Assembly (NCBI GenBank): GCA_036785375.1
Contig: JAWMAR010000131.1
Coordinates: 620,001-684,000, forward strand
Length of the DNA stretch: 64,000 nt
Direction: 5' to 3'
Origin: Leucoraja ocellata
Taxonomy: Eukaryota
The translations under genes and the position numbers were made by a program. Shown here piece after piece: positions 23,533-37,001 of this stretch. How positions within the stretch are numbered: the stretch's first letter is position 1; each line of letters opens with the position of its first letter. Below the pieces are notes generated by a model. The model saw nothing but the letters and a program-made list of their open reading frames with translations, searched no databases and was not told where the DNA came from.

Positions 23533-23690
23533 ATGGTAGACAAAAATGCTGTAGAAACTCAGCAGGTGAGGCAGCATCTATGGAGGGAAGGAAATAGGCA
23601 ACGTTTTAGGTCGAAACCCTCACCCGCTGAGTTTTTCCAACAATTTTTCCTACCTTCGATTTTCCAGCATCTGCAGTTCCTTCTTAAACA
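23533..23690. mobile_element. Penelope-like fold-back element with 12-bp TSD
   Basis: acagtgaaatgg at 23521-23532 and 23688-23699; inverted arms; tail ttcgattttccagcatctgcagttccttcttaaaca. Confidence 0.8.
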
Positions 23691-26600
23691 GTGAAATGGG
23701 TAATGATGTGGCTTTAAAAAAAAAAAGTTAAATAGTCAAAGGCACTGCCCCTACAACAAAGCACAAATGTAAAAGGAACCTATCAGTGCAAATATCCTTG
23801 GGAAGACTATTTAGGAATGGGGCAAGGCCATGCGGTTGGAATGATTTCTAAGCAGTAGATAGGCTTCAGCTAACCAATTGCAAATATCCCAGTGCACCCA
23901 GATAGCCACTGTCAAAGGTTTTTTATAATTTCACCGATCAAAAGATATTAAAACTAATCAAATAAACTATTTAAAATACAGGTGCATAATTAAACACTAA
24001 AATGGGAAATGGGGAATTGGAAAGTACAGAGAACATACACACATTTAGTGCTCCACTGGGGGCATCAAAAGCAGAGTCCAGCAGCAAAACAAGAGGTCAG
24101 GGGCATTGGGATCTAACCTCTGGGTCAGTTCAGGCATCTCCATTGCGCTAAGCATGTACACAAGTCCAAGAGGTCTGAACAACTCGCAGCTGCTGTGTCT
24201 TAGAGAGCGGCTGTCATCAGTTACTTCGATTCAGCCCACTGAGTGTGGAAAGCAGAAGTGTCAACATATGTGATGCAGTAAAGTAGTCTAATTTAAAAAA
24301 AATGATACAACCGTTTAATGTATATGGACCACATTGCATTATTTTCTAAATTTGTAATGGAAAGACAATTAACGTACTGAAAACAAATTTATTCACAGTC
24401 AAAAAGCATTTCAGTTTACTCATGCAGACAGTGTTGGGCATAACTATTTGCTTGTTATTGTATGTGCTCAGTGATTGTGTGTAAAACAAAGCTTGTACAA
24501 CCTGTATCCACTTCAGAAAATTAAACCCTTATGCGGCCGGTGACAGCAGTATAAATCCTAAAGGTTTTATTTTTTTTGCAACTCTGAACTCTCAACTTCC
24601 AACTTTGATGACATTGCCTTCAATAAAACAAATCCACCCACTCTCATCACAGTACGCAACTTTCATCTTCACCACTGTCACTCAAGATTAAAGGGCATCT
24701 GTGTACTTAACTACCAAGTGGTTTAGTACATTCATACACCTCACATTTTAATACATTGTTTGGCTACATTCAATATCCTACTGGCCATGTTTTCTACAAA
24801 AACCACGATCAATTGTGCAATCACACCGCAGAGGGATTATCTATCCTCAGATTCCTCTGCCAATTCATATTCAAAGTCCAACAAGTTGACAAATATTTGT
24901 CAGCATGAATACTCGCAGACCTTGGGTATCTGGAATTCCCTTATTCAAAAGAACCTACACCAGCAGGAACAATGTGGTAGTTTGAATGTACAATGCACTT
25001 TGTGTTGCTCAGCATGTGTGGGTCAGGAATTTTGTGACCAAACTATAACCACTTCTGATTATTACAGGAAGTCATAAATACAGACCAAATGGTTCTGCTG
25101 GTATAAAATTCAAAATGGGAGTTTAAACCAAAAAGGACAAGAACAAAGTGAGAATACTCAAATAAAAGTTTGAAACAATTTACAAACACAAAATGTTTAC
25201 AATTAAACAAAGTGCCAGTTAAAAACTTCAAGTTATGCTAATGCCACAATGATAATTTTAAGATAAAATATTTTAAAGTCTTCTTTCTAGGTGTCAAATT
25301 TTCACACTTGGCCACATAAAGCTTTACATAACAAATCTTTAACCCTAATTAGTTACTGAAATACAAGGTTCACCAAGTGGAGTACAGAAGTCCCTGGGAC
25401 TCCAATTCAAAACTTTAGGTTGAATAGTTTTCTTTCTCTCCTCAAATAATGCCATTCAGCCAAACAACCTATGCAGGCATGTTGCTACAATAACATCCAC
25501 ATGTACAATAGTCCTTTTAAAAAAAACCCCACTATTATTTGATTCTGAGAACAGAGAAAATCCTATGTGTTCTTTCAATTAGTCAGGCAACAACTTTCAG
25601 GGTCCACTAAGTCTCAGCTAAGAGTTACTTTATGTATTGCAATCTGACCCTTTGAGTGAACACGACAGGCCAAAACGACTGTGGTGGTGAAATAACCCCA
25701 AGTAAATTGGACACATTTTTAAATTAGTGTACTGTTGTGCTGTGAAAATCTAACACAACTGTTGAGAGGAGAGAGAGAGAGAATAAAAAAAAAAGAGAAC
25801 TTGCAGCAGTATTTCTCGATTCATTTGTGCTGGTACTGTTGGAGCCCAACTGCACACAAAGTGCTTTGTACAGCAGGTGGTCCTTACAGATCTGCCAAGT
25901 TTACAACACAGCCCATTATTATTCTGTTGCAACATACTGGTCCTGTACTTAAAAGTTTCAAAATAAGTCACTGTTCCTGTCCTGGAGAGAGTATATCTTG
26001 TATCTGGTAAAGCACATCCACCCATTTCCATCGACAGTAAACACGGGAATGATGAAGTTGACCCGCAATACAAAAGTATTCAATTAAGAAACACTGTAGA
26101 AATTAGCAAGATTTTCCACAAAAAAAAAAAATAGGGCCATTTTAGTTGGAATAATAGCTCTTTCTAAAAATGGTGCAACACAAAAAGTATATGTTAAAAA
26201 TAACTACTCTTCTGGCATTTTATTGAAACAGCTCATTTTTAATTTTTTTCCCCCATTGGCCTATTGATAGATATTTGGATTTTTTGGTGTTTGATTCGTG
26301 TAAATAAGCAGACCAAAGATTAAAAATACAACTCGCCTTTTGAGAAACAGCTTTTGCAATAGTTAAAAGCAGTCTAAAAACCGTGATCAGCTGTAGTGTT
26401 TGAGCATTACCCAGCATATTGCAAAGCCAATGGATGCAGAGTCTTCCCAATTATTTTATCACCTGCATACATGTAGTATTGATGCTTTAATATTCCACAT
26501 AACCTGGGCAGATGTCGAGGTAAAACCATTGATATTAGGATCTTTCAAAATACTCATTTTGAGGTAAGCAAATCAGTACATCAAATCTTAAGGTGCAATG

Positions 26601-27514
26601 CTTTCATGTGAGTAGAAACTCCCTGGCCCACTGACAACATACATCAGACTATTGAAAGACCCAGGAAAGTGGTTTCTGTGCCAAGTTGGATAAACAAAAC
26701 CAGCAAGCCTACACACAGGTTATCGGCCACTGTAAAAATTCCACACATTGGACAAAATGGCAGTGGTAAAATCTTTAAAGTAAATTTATGTTGCTGAACA
26801 ACCAAAAATAATTTGTGCAGAACTGCAAGGAATTTAAAAGTCACCTTTAACTGTAACACGTGTTAAATTGCACACTTTTAGCATCAGTACGTCAACATTT
26901 TTTTTTTGTAATCAATCCCAAGTAGAGGCGAACAAAAGCCTGAAATATATAGGTTCCACAGACCGTACATTTAGAAGGAAAATCTTCAGGAAATTAACTG
27001 TCGCCATTGAAATGGCAAAACCAGTTTTATTCCCAAAGACTTGAGGGTATAAAATGATATGGATATTTAAAGCTAGGATCACACATCAACCATGATCTCA
27101 TTGAATGACAGAACTGGCTCGAGCGTTAACAGATTCCTCCTGTTCCTAATATTGCTTTCACACATTTGCATTGTTGGAGGAAGTAACATTGACCACACTT
27201 CCTGCGTCAACCTCAGAATCAATGTGCATAGTGATTATTGATGGGAAGCACTATGTTGTATTAACAATGACTATATCACTACCAGAAGTGTTAAACCAAA
27301 CTCAATATTCTGTCTCACATTAAAAAGTTAGAACAGTAAATCTACTAAATTACTCAGATTGAAAGCCTATTGTCCAATTAACTGGTCACAAAGCTAATTC
27401 CATTCCTGGATTATTCTCCTCATCTGAGCCTCTGTTCATCATAATCTATTGTGCCTCCAATCTAAAATTCAATCAAAAGTGAAAGACGATAAAGATTTAG
27501 AGTAAATGATAGCA

Positions 27515-27715
27515 GAGTACAAAGTGCTAGAAGAACTCAGTGGGCCAGACAGCAAATAGAGAGGGAATGGATAGACAATGTTTTGGGCCCAAAGATAGGT
27601 TCAGGCTCAAAGCGTGCCTGTCCATTCAATCCCCAGAGGCTGCCTGACTTGCAGAGTTCCTCCAGTATTTTGCCTTTCCTCACTATTCCAGCATCTGCAG
27701 ACTCCTGTGTCACCA
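27515..27715. mobile_element. Diverged Penelope-like fold-back element
   Basis: acaaagtgctagaagaactcag with inverted ...gagttcctccagtattttgc...ccagcatctgcag. Confidence 0.55.
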
Positions 27716-27748
27716 AAACACTACCTTCCATCACATCATACTCTATTA

Positions 27749-27992
27749 TAGAAACATAGAAACATAGAAATTAGGTGCAGGAGTAGGCCATTCGGCCCTT
27801 CGAGCCTGCACCGCCATTCAATATGATCATGGCTGATCATCCAACTCAGTATCCCGTACCTGCCTTCTCTCCATACCCCCTGATCCCCTTAGCCACAAGG
27901 GCCACATCTAACTCCCTCTTAAATATAGCCAATGAACTGGCCTCAACTACCCTTTGTGGCAGAGAGTTCCAGTGATTCACCACTCTCTGTGT
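27749..27992 (-). mobile_element. Young CR1 LINE 3' end
   Basis: (tagaaaca)n tail. The minus strand translates TQRVVNHWNSLPQRVVEASSLAIFKRELDVALVAKGIRGYGEKAGTGY*, the CR1 ORF2 terminus. Confidence 0.9.
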
Positions 27993-28037
27993 TATGTTAT
28001 TGGAGGTCGTCAGTTGGCCCAACGAGTCTTTGCCGGC

Positions 28038-28141
28038 GGTACACAAAATTGCTGGAGAAACTCAGCAGGTGCAGCAGCATCTATGGAGCGAAGAAAATAG
28101 GCGACATTTGGGGCCAAAACCCTTCTTCAGACTGACTCAGA
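28038..28141 (-). mobile_element. Penelope-like arm with 14-bp TSD
   Basis: gagtctttgccggc at 28024-28037 and 28142-28155; minus strand CTGAAGAagggttttggccccaaatgtc (GAAA mutated). Confidence 0.8.
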
Positions 28142-28373
28142 GAGTCTTTGCCGGCTCTCTGAGCATTCCCAGAGTTACATTCTGCAGCCTGTAACCATCA
28201 CAAGCCCACTGACTCCATGATTCGTTTTGCTGGTAAGAAAAGTGAGGTAATTTACAAATAACCAATTAGTCCACTAACTGGCAAACCATTGGAATATGGC
28301 AAGAAATCGGACCTTCCAGGGAAAACCTACACAGTTGCAGCAAGAACCCATTGAAAATGTAGTCATTGTCAAT

Positions 28374-28640
28374 TGGGCAGCACAGTGGCACAGCTGTTGG
28401 AAGTGCTGCCAGAGACTATGGTTCGATCCTGACCTCGGGCGGGCACTATCGGAGTGGAGTTTGCACCTTCTCCCTGCGACCCGGTTTCCTCCCACATTGT
28501 CAGTTGATTGGCCTCTAAATCACCCCGAGTGTGCAAGAATAGATGAGAAAGTGGGATATAATTGAAGTAATGTGAATATATGATTAGTGAGGACTTGGTG
28601 GGATGAAGTACATGTTTCCATTTCCCTCAACTAAATTTGC
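28374..28640 (+). mobile_element. Diverged V-SINE
   Basis: gggcagcacagtggcacagc head, ggttcgatcc B box, tggagtttgcaccttctccctgcgacc V-domain. Confidence 0.7.
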
Positions 28641-29954
28641 AAACTCCAAACGGACAACATGAGAGATGAGAGTAGCACTGTAATAATGCATGATGTCACC
28701 CATTTGAATGTTAGTTTTTTCTTGCCCCCCAAAAAAATTGTTGTCTAAATGGTTGCCACCCATGCTCGTGATTAATCAGTAATATCTACTAGACATAATT
28801 CGAAATGTGATATTAATTCTGAAAATAAACACATTTCCATTACATGCAGGGCTCTTTAATCTGGCAGACGTCACATATAATTTTCCAGTCCTGATATCTG
28901 ACAAGGCAGGCCAGCTTCACAAATTCTACACACTTATTCAAATGACATCAACATTCAACATCAAAATTGTTTGCTTGAAGAAATTTTAGATTTGGTAGGG
29001 AGGATATTCCAATAAAATCCACAGAAACAGAATAATTGACAATGTCAATTGTTCAAATCAAAATTTCAGGAAACTAAAAATAAGCAAGCAAAAACTGTCG
29101 GAATTAAATCACTGAAACCTAAAAACCCATTCATTCAACATAACATTTCCACACATTGCAACAGTGACTGACCTACCATTCTTTTGTTTAATCTACTCAC
29201 GATATTATTCATTATTTGACCGTGGTGGAATGTCAAGGAAGAAAAACAGCTTTGCTACTGATACCAGATGTGCAACTAGTACAGACTATTCTAACTCAAG
29301 GATGTTAATTGACAATATCCACAATAGATGCTTTCAATTCCAGTTTATGACTAATACCAGTTAGACAGTGCTAATCATTTTATCTAAATCAAGTTAGTTT
29401 AAACAGATTTCCATGATTGAGATTAGCATTCAAGAACAGCATTTGTGACAGCAATGACATAACAGTTAAAGGTGTCAACAGAAAAGCTGCAGATGCATAA
29501 TGCTCGGAGCACAAATTTTGAATTGCCAAAACATACAAGACCTTGTCAATATGGCAGGGAGAAACTCGACGGTTAACCTTCATTTCCTCTTCATATCAGT
29601 GCAAGACTACAATACAGTAGCATACTGACCTTGAGGCATAAAAAAATGCACATTTGTACATTTTTTGTTCTGTATGCTTTCTCATAAGATGAATAAAACT
29701 TTGTTCCTCTATCTACTGCGAGACATAATATTCAGGAATCTGGCTGCAGTTAAGGTGATTTATAATAATCTCTGGGGAGTTGGACATTTTTCCATCCTAC
29801 TTTACTGCTCAAATTCTGCTGTAACTCAATGATTCACAATGACATTCTTTGCTTTTGCACACAATCCAGTAAAAGCATCCAGTCAATAAATTTGTAGGTG
29901 GCACTACCATGGGTGGACCAGATCTCAAATAATGAGATGAAGTACAGGAATAAG

Positions 29955-30600
29955 ATAGTGTTTAATACTATGGTATCAAAACCACAACTTCTCCCTCAAC
30001 ATCATAAAAACAAAGGAGCTGGTCAATGACGTCAGGAAGTGGAGAAGAGTACATGTGTCAGCTGTCATCAATGGAGCTCCTGAAGATAATCAATTACTTC
30101 AAGTTTCTAGGCATAAATATCACCAACAATGTTCTGGTCCAACCAAATTAATGTCACAGCTAAGAAAGCACACCAACACCTGTACTTCCTCAGACAACTA
30201 AGAACATTTGGCAAGGATCCAACGAGTCTTATCAATTTCTAAAGAAGTACAATAGAAAGCATTCTATCTGGATGCATCAAAACTTAGTATAGCATCTGCT
30301 CTGCCCAAAACTGTACAGAAAATTGTAGAGTTGTAAACATAGCCCAGCACAACATGCAAACCAGCCAATACATTCACACCCTGGTCATTCTTTTCTTTCC
30401 TCTGTAAAGCAAAATGTACAAAAACGTGAAAGCATGTAGAACCAGATACAAGAACAGCTTCTTTTCTGCTGTTATAAGAATTTTGAGCAAGGATGAATTC
30501 CCAATCTACCTCGTTGCTGTCTTCAACCCTTTTAATATTAGTTTCACTCTGCAGCTGTATCACCAGGTTCTGCACTTATTTATTTTCTCTTTTACACCCA
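29955..30600 (+). mobile_element. Old Rex/Babar LINE fragment
   Basis: Decayed RT C-terminal sequence (aacaaaggagctgg, ttcaagtttctaggcataaatatc, aagaacagcttctt), homologous to the inverse of 56700-57250. Confidence 0.65.
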
Positions 30601-32329
30601 TTTCTCCCGTCATCATTTAAAAAAAGACCAGTGCCCTCTCCCCCCCCCCCCTCCCCCCTCCCAACCATGTCATATACACAATGGCAACACTTGAATCATT
30701 CAGAACAAAGTATTTATTCCCAAAATTAATGGCCTCAAATCATCTCCCACCATTTCCATCTGGGGCACAGTTTAACAAGGCTCTGCATCAGCCCCAATAG
30801 CTATTCCTCATGTATTAAAATGGTCTGGCATGAGTGTATCAAGCAAATCAGGATCTTATCCTCCCTCATCTAACGCTCTCACACATTCACCATAAGGGGG
30901 TGCAAGATAGCAAGATCAGAAAAGAGGCAAAATGTTTAAACCTGGCATATCCGTGGATAGTATGGCAAAATTTACTGACCAGGTCACAAGAGATATAGAG
31001 TGTCAATTTACTGATGTATTTAGAATATACACATACGCTGTTTCATTAAACTTGTTCCACATCATCTAGGACACCAGACTATACATAATGGGTTGTTTCT
31101 AAATGATGTAACAGGAATGAAAACTGAAGTGATAGAATTACAATAAGAAAAATGAATTAATCTGGTCCAATCCATCCATTACTATCAGTTACCTATTAGT
31201 TGCTTCTGATGAATAGTTCATTTAAAATTTCAGCCATCTTCAGATTAGAAAAAGTTTTAAATGTGCCTCCTCTTTGGCTAAAGGACTCCAAGATCGTAAC
31301 AAAAATTCTCTCCACTACTCCCCACTCTGAATCAGCTTGCAAGGCTGCAGCAAGTAAGAATGTCATTGTTCTAGTCCCGGTGCATGACAATTAAACACTC
31401 TTGACTGAAATATTTGGCATGTTCACTTTCATCTATTGTCAAAGGATTTCTGATAGCTTTAAAGCAATTCCAATGATGTATCTGAATTAAAATCCTAATA
31501 CATTTGCTGAAGCATGGATGACAAAGGCCATTGATACTGTAATAAAATACTGTGGGCAGCCCTATAGCATTTTAAATAGGTCATCAGCCTCTGCAGTTCT
31601 TTTTCCAAGACATGGCTTGTACATTAGAGCATTCAATAGAGTCCTTTCTGTGATTCACCACAAACGCAGAAACAGGGTGAAGAAAACAAACTGCGTGGAA
31701 CAGTGCCTGATTTAAATGGAGAACATTGCACACAAGGATAGGATTTAAAAAACAAATAACAGTATGCATATTATTACAGAGTTTATTCTAGAAACGAGAA
31801 TAGTTTCTTAAGCTTACACTGACGTGTGCTCAGGCAAGGTACTTGCTCTAACATTTAGTAAGATATTGACAAAGCAACTCAAATCTTCTTTTCTATCTGA
31901 TTCCCACCGCGTTATTCCCTTTATCATGTATCTATACATTTCGATGGCTCGATAGTAATTGTGTATTGTCTTTAACAAGTTTTTCATTATATCCCGGTAA
32001 ACGAGACAATAATTTAAACTCAAACTTCAAATATCTGCCCGTCTCAGCTCCAGGGGAGCATTTACAACTTTAGCTAAAAGAATTCTGAAGACTTGTGGAC
32101 ACATTTCTCATCTCAAATCGTCCCTAAAGCTGCTCATGAAACAGTCTCTAGTCTGGCAAAACAGCCTCAATAATCCTCCTCACAACCTTTATTCCTCTGA
32201 TCTCTCTTCAATGTTGACCAAATTTGCACTATTCTTAGAGCAACCAACAGAGCAGAAGGAAACAAAACAATCAGAAGGAAAAAAAAATCCTGTGTTCGGC
32301 TCTAGATCACCAAAACTACAGGATTCCTG

Positions 32330-32960
32330 GTGTGTCATATTATCAACATGACCCTATCAAATCAGACTTCTGAGCTTTTATACTCTGCCTCTGTTGCAAT
32401 GATTACCAACACATTATTCACCTAATTGCTTCATATTTGACATTCAACATTCCATGAATCAGCACAAGATTCTTCCACCAACATTAACATCTTGCTATTT
32501 TTCTCTTCTTCCTGCAATGATTAACCTTGCATCTGCCCACATTATATTTTGTCTGCCACCATTTAATCCAGCAGCAAATTTCACAATTTGTTCTCCCATC
32601 AGACTTCATACTATCTAAACTAGATACATAACATTGTCCTTTAATTATAAATAAGATTAATGTATAAACCGCAAATGGCTCCACACGAGTGGTTGTGACA
32701 TTCCACTAACCTAAAAAATAAGCTTAGTTTCCAGTTTTCTGTCCTTCAGTATTACCTCCCAACACCAGGAACTGCTATTTCATCAACCTTTGATACGGTA
32801 TCTTATCAAATGCCTTCTGAAAATTCAGACATACTACTATTCACTGGCTCCCTCTTATCAACAAGTAAAGCTTTACAATTTGCCAAGAACAATTTTCCCT
32901 TTCATTATACAAAGTTAAATCAACCCAAACCATTCTATTTAAATGCTCTATTAGCAGATA
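32330..32960 (-). mobile_element. Old CR1 RT remnant
   Basis: Decayed 'ttaaccttgcatctgcccacattatattttgtctgccacc' and 'gtatcttatcaaatgccttctgaaaattcagacatactac' (antisense of the VYxDFQKAFDK motif). Confidence 0.55.
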
Positions 32961-34578
32961 TTAAATAATAGATTCCTGAATTTTTGCATGCTAATTAACT
33001 AGCCAAAAGATTTTTCTTTCTCTGTTCCTCCTTTTTTGAACAACAGTGGTACACTGAAGTTGCAATCAGCTGAAGCTGGTCCAGAAAAAAGGGAATTTTT
33101 ATTTATCATTAATGTATCAGCAGGCAGATAATGCCTAAATAAGAGTTGTGCAGCAACTGGAATTAAATGAAACCAAAATGGAAACTATTATTTACACTTT
33201 ATAATTCCCCCCCCCCCACTTCTTGTGGCACTGAGTGCTGCCATGAGGCGGTGTGTAATCAAAATTTTAACCCAAAAGAAAAAAATGATTACCTGCAAAA
33301 CATACTTGGATGTCAATTTGTCAAGTGTTCTTGATGTTAATGACCAACATTCAGTGATGTCGTCAAGCTCTTGCATCAAAGTCCACTGACAATTCAAATT
33401 GCAGTCAGAAATGTTCCCCGAGTTTTAAAACATAACTAAGTCAGATAAGAATGATGTAGACGACCTCCACGTTACCAACATTAGAGTAAATAGACATTCG
33501 GCCTCACAGAATTCACAAATCACTACCCAAAATTTGAGATAAGAAATAAAATTCACCCATGGAATTTGTTAAAAGTAAATACATTTTTTTCTTCTCGCAT
33601 TTGTAGATGACGCAGCTTTGTGTTATGGAAAATAGCAAAGCAGATCATTTGAGGAACATAACCACCATCCCATCAGTCGTGGTCACCTGTATTGAAATTG
33701 ACTATATCGCAAGCTTCCAGACCCGGGTTGTGTCAACTTTATTTGCCAAACTATGACATTGTCAACATAATGAATTTTAAAATGGCACAGGTTCTCCCAG
33801 AGAACTTCATTTGAACCACCAGCTTGTAGCAAAACATTTGGAATTGTAAGCCAAATGAAGTCCCTCTAGTGATGGAAAACAAAAACTGCAATGGTAAAAT
33901 CAAGGCACACCAACATTTAGTAAATTGCTCGTATGCTGAAAGTGTTCAATTCTACATTACAGTCAAACTATAGTCATTGGACCAAGGCAGACATGTCATG
34001 AAGATCATTTTTGTAATATTAGCAATCTTTCTTTCCAACAGATTTCTTCCAACCTATTATTTGTCCAATGATAAGTCTGTATATAGGCTTAAACAGCAGG
34101 ACTATTCTCACATTTTTATACATCTCTCAAGGGTCCCATTATTTCAAGCGAGCGTTCAACAATAAGGCAAAAGGTATGGGGGATATTTTGTGATCAGAAT
34201 ACTGTAACTGTACAGGTTAGAGCATTTCTTTCATTGCAAGGATTTTACTCAGAATGCCTGGACCACCTAAAAATATTTAAACACCTGTTATAATTATCCA
34301 GTTATATAATATAGGCGTCTTGGGCAAAGCTAACCTTTCTTTCCCATTGCCAAATACACTCAAACTTGAGGCTGACCCACCTCAAATTACTGCAATCCTC
34401 CTGGTACTGATAACCCATTGTGCTTGTCACCTTTACCATTGGTTGTGGAGTTCCAGAATTTAAAGGAAAGTGATGGCAAATGACTGGATATTTTAAAGTA
34501 ACAAAGCTGTGGATTATTTAGAAGGCAGGGTATTACAGTTGGTAACACTTCCAATGCAAGTGGGCCAGGTGTTTAACA

Positions 34579-34891
34579 GGTGGTATGGTGGAGCAGCGGT
34601 AGAGTTGCTGTGTTAAAGTGCCAGACACCCGAGTTCGATCCCGACTACGGGAGCTGTTTTTATGGAGTTTGTACGTTCTCCCTGTGACCGCGGGGGGGGG
34701 GGGGGGGGGGGGGGGTGCTCCGGGTCTCCTCCCACATTCCAAAGACTTACAGGTTTGTAGGTTAATTGGCTTTGATAAGGATTGCAAATTGTCCCTAGTG
34801 TGTAGGATAGTCCTAGTGTATGGAGATCGCTGATCAGTACGGACTCAGTGGGTTGAAGAACCTGTTTCCCAGCTGTATCTCTAAACTAAAC
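34579..34891 (+). mobile_element. V-SINE with internal poly-G run
   Basis: ggtggagcagcggtagag head, gagttcgatcc B box, V-domain interrupted by a ~24-G run at ~34692-34715, tail ctctaaactaaac. Confidence 0.85.
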
Positions 34892-34938
34892 TGCTGTCAA
34901 AGAGCACCCTAGGCAAGCAAGGGCAATGGATTTTATAG

Positions 34939-35065
34939 TCTGAAGAAGGATCTAGACCCAAAACATCGCCTATTCCTTCTCTCCATAGATGCTGCCTCAC
35001 CAGCTCAGTTCCTCCAGCATTTTTGTCTACCTTCGATTTTTCCAGCATCTGCAGTTCTTTCTTAA
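34939..35065 (+). mobile_element. Penelope-like element (hammerhead, arm, tail) with 11-bp TSD
   Basis: ggattttatag at 34928-34938 and 35066-35076; the insert begins tCTGAAGA and ends ...ctgcagttctttcttaa. Confidence 0.8.
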
Positions 35066-35999
35066 GGATTTTATAGATGGTCTGTTAACTGTTGCTCATC
35101 AACACAGTGGTGAAGGGAGCGAATGTTTAGAGTAACAGATGGAGACAATGAAGCTTCAAGTGTTATTGCAGCTGCATTCATCCACACAAATGGGGAGCAT
35201 TTCACCATATTTCCGACCTGTGCCTGAGAAAAGGTGAAAAGTTATTGGAAAGTGTGATTCTGATTCTGAATCTGAATCAGGAAGGTGAACCCAAAGACTG
35301 CAGGAGAGGGACTCAACAAGGATGATGTTGAACCAATACTTTACTTCCACTGAGTCCCCACACCCTTCTGTTGGGAAAATAACTTTTCAAAATTGTAGCA
35401 TAATGATCATAAATCAATTTTGCTTTAGGAAAAGACATCGACCTCTGTATCCTGCGAGTAACCGAAAAGCAAGTGCCTAATACAACTGAAAGTGCTTCAG
35501 GATTGAGATAGTGCCACATTCCACAAGAGGCACCAGAACCACACACTGCCCCTCCCACCAAAAAAAATTGCAAACATAATTCAACGATCTAAACCACTTT
35601 TTAAATTAAATGATCCAAAGGGAGCAATAAAAGAATGCATAGAATCTAATAAGACTTTCAAATGAAAGCTGACAGGTTTATGATTAGCTGGCAATGCAGC
35701 ACCCCTTTACAAACAAAACCATCCATTCAGTATAAATTAAGCCACATGTTGCACAGAGCACTATTAGGCCTATCACTTGTGTCTATTTTTTGCTTAAGTA
35801 ACTGAAAACTTACTCCATAATTTTGCTCTAACTTTTCTTTTGCTTAGAAAAGTGCCAAATTTCCTGGAAGAGATTCAATAGTCCCCACCTCAAAATGCAA
35901 ATTCATCTTTCAGACTATTCAGGGTCATTTGTTCCTTTATTGAGATGTTACCATTAATGGCTTGTAGCGTTAGGCAATAAACAACATGAAAATAAACTT

Positions 36000-36181
36000 G
36001 TGTTCAAGAAGGAACTGCAGATGCTGGAAGATCGAAGGTACAAAAAATTGCTGGAGAAACTCAGCGGGCGCAGCAGCATCTATGGAGCGAAGGAAATAGG
36101 CGACGTTTCGGGCCGAAACGTCGCCTATTTCCTTCGCTCCATAGATGCTGCTGCACCCGCTGAGTTTCTCCAGCAATTTTG
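36000..36181. mobile_element. Young Penelope-like element forming a 137-bp palindrome, 13-bp TSD
   Basis: tgaaaataaactt at 35987-35999 and 36182-36194; arms 36044-36111 and 36113-36180 are reverse complements with one mismatch. Confidence 0.88.
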
Positions 36182-36329
36182 TGAAAATAAACTTAATGGT
36201 ACAAAATTGCTCCAAGTGACCTTATATAAATTAACCCAAGAATTTACACTGAGATTGGGACAAGAAAGCCAGGCCAGTGCCTCTAGTAGTCAACATAATC
36301 AAGAACTGTTCACACTCACTCCTCCCTCC

Positions 36330-36750
36330 TCCCCACCCCCCCTCCCTCCCTCCCAATAGATACAAAGGCTTGGAAAACCGTATTACCAAATGCAAGTTAG
36401 ACACAAAATGTAAAAAAGGAATGGGTGACATTTCAGGTTGAGACCCATCATCAGACTGAGAGTCAGAGGAAAAGGAAATAGAGATGTAGATGGTGAAATG
36501 AATGAAAACAAGAACAGCTTCTTCCCAACGGTTACCACGGAGCTTACACAAAGGACATATTCGTGATCTCTCAATCCAACTTGTTAGCACTTAAAAAAAA
36601 CCATTATCTGACTCCACAGCTGTAACACTATATTCTGCAATCTGTTTCCTTTCCATTTTGCACTACTTGTTATACTCATGTCTGATATGATTTCCCTCGA
36701 TATCATGCAAAACAAACATTTTCCATTGCACAAGTATTGGTTTATCATTG
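36330..36750 (+). mobile_element. Rex/Babar 3' fragment interrupted by a Penelope-like piece (~36400-36500)
   Basis: 'agatacaaaggcttggaaaaccgtattacca' ... 'aagaacagcttcttccc'. The inserted piece reads gtCTGATGAtgggtctcaacctGAAAtgtcaccc on the minus strand. Confidence 0.6.
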
Positions 36751-36826
36751 CCATAAGCTGTATAATTCTCATGCACTGCAGACCAGAGTTTGGGGGCATT
36801 AGCACCCCTAGCAGAGAGAAAATAAA

Positions 36827-37001
36827 GGTAGACAAAAATGCTGGAGAAACTCAGTGGGTGAGGCAGCATCTTTGGAGCGAAGGAATAGGGGCCATTTCGT
36901 CACCTATTTCCTTCTCTCCAATGATGCTGCCTCACCCGCTGAGTTTCTCCAGCATTTTTGTCTACCTTCTATTTATCCTTCATCTGCAGTTCTTTCTTAA
37001 A
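36827..37001. mobile_element. Penelope-like fold-back element with 15-bp TSD
   Basis: cagagagaaaataaa at 36812-36826 and 37002-37016; inverted arms plus tail ...ctgcagttctttcttaaa. Confidence 0.85.

Noticed and set aside
33285-33305. Minus-strand ttttgCAG|GTAATC as a recursive splice site or alternative 5' exon donor
   Set aside because: The pyrimidine tract is weak, and the motif is expected by chance in a 34-kb intron.
34692-34715. Pure poly-G run as a functional G4
   Set aside because: It is an expansion of the GGG in a V-SINE domain, and homopolymer length is unreliable in assemblies.
35970-36359. Recurrent ORFs 'KLLEKLSGCSSIYGAKEIGDVS' as a gene family, or the repeats as a CRISPR-like array
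   Set aside because: They are translations of the dispersed fold-back repeat. Copies are scattered with TSDs and not regularly spaced, and the DNA is eukaryotic.
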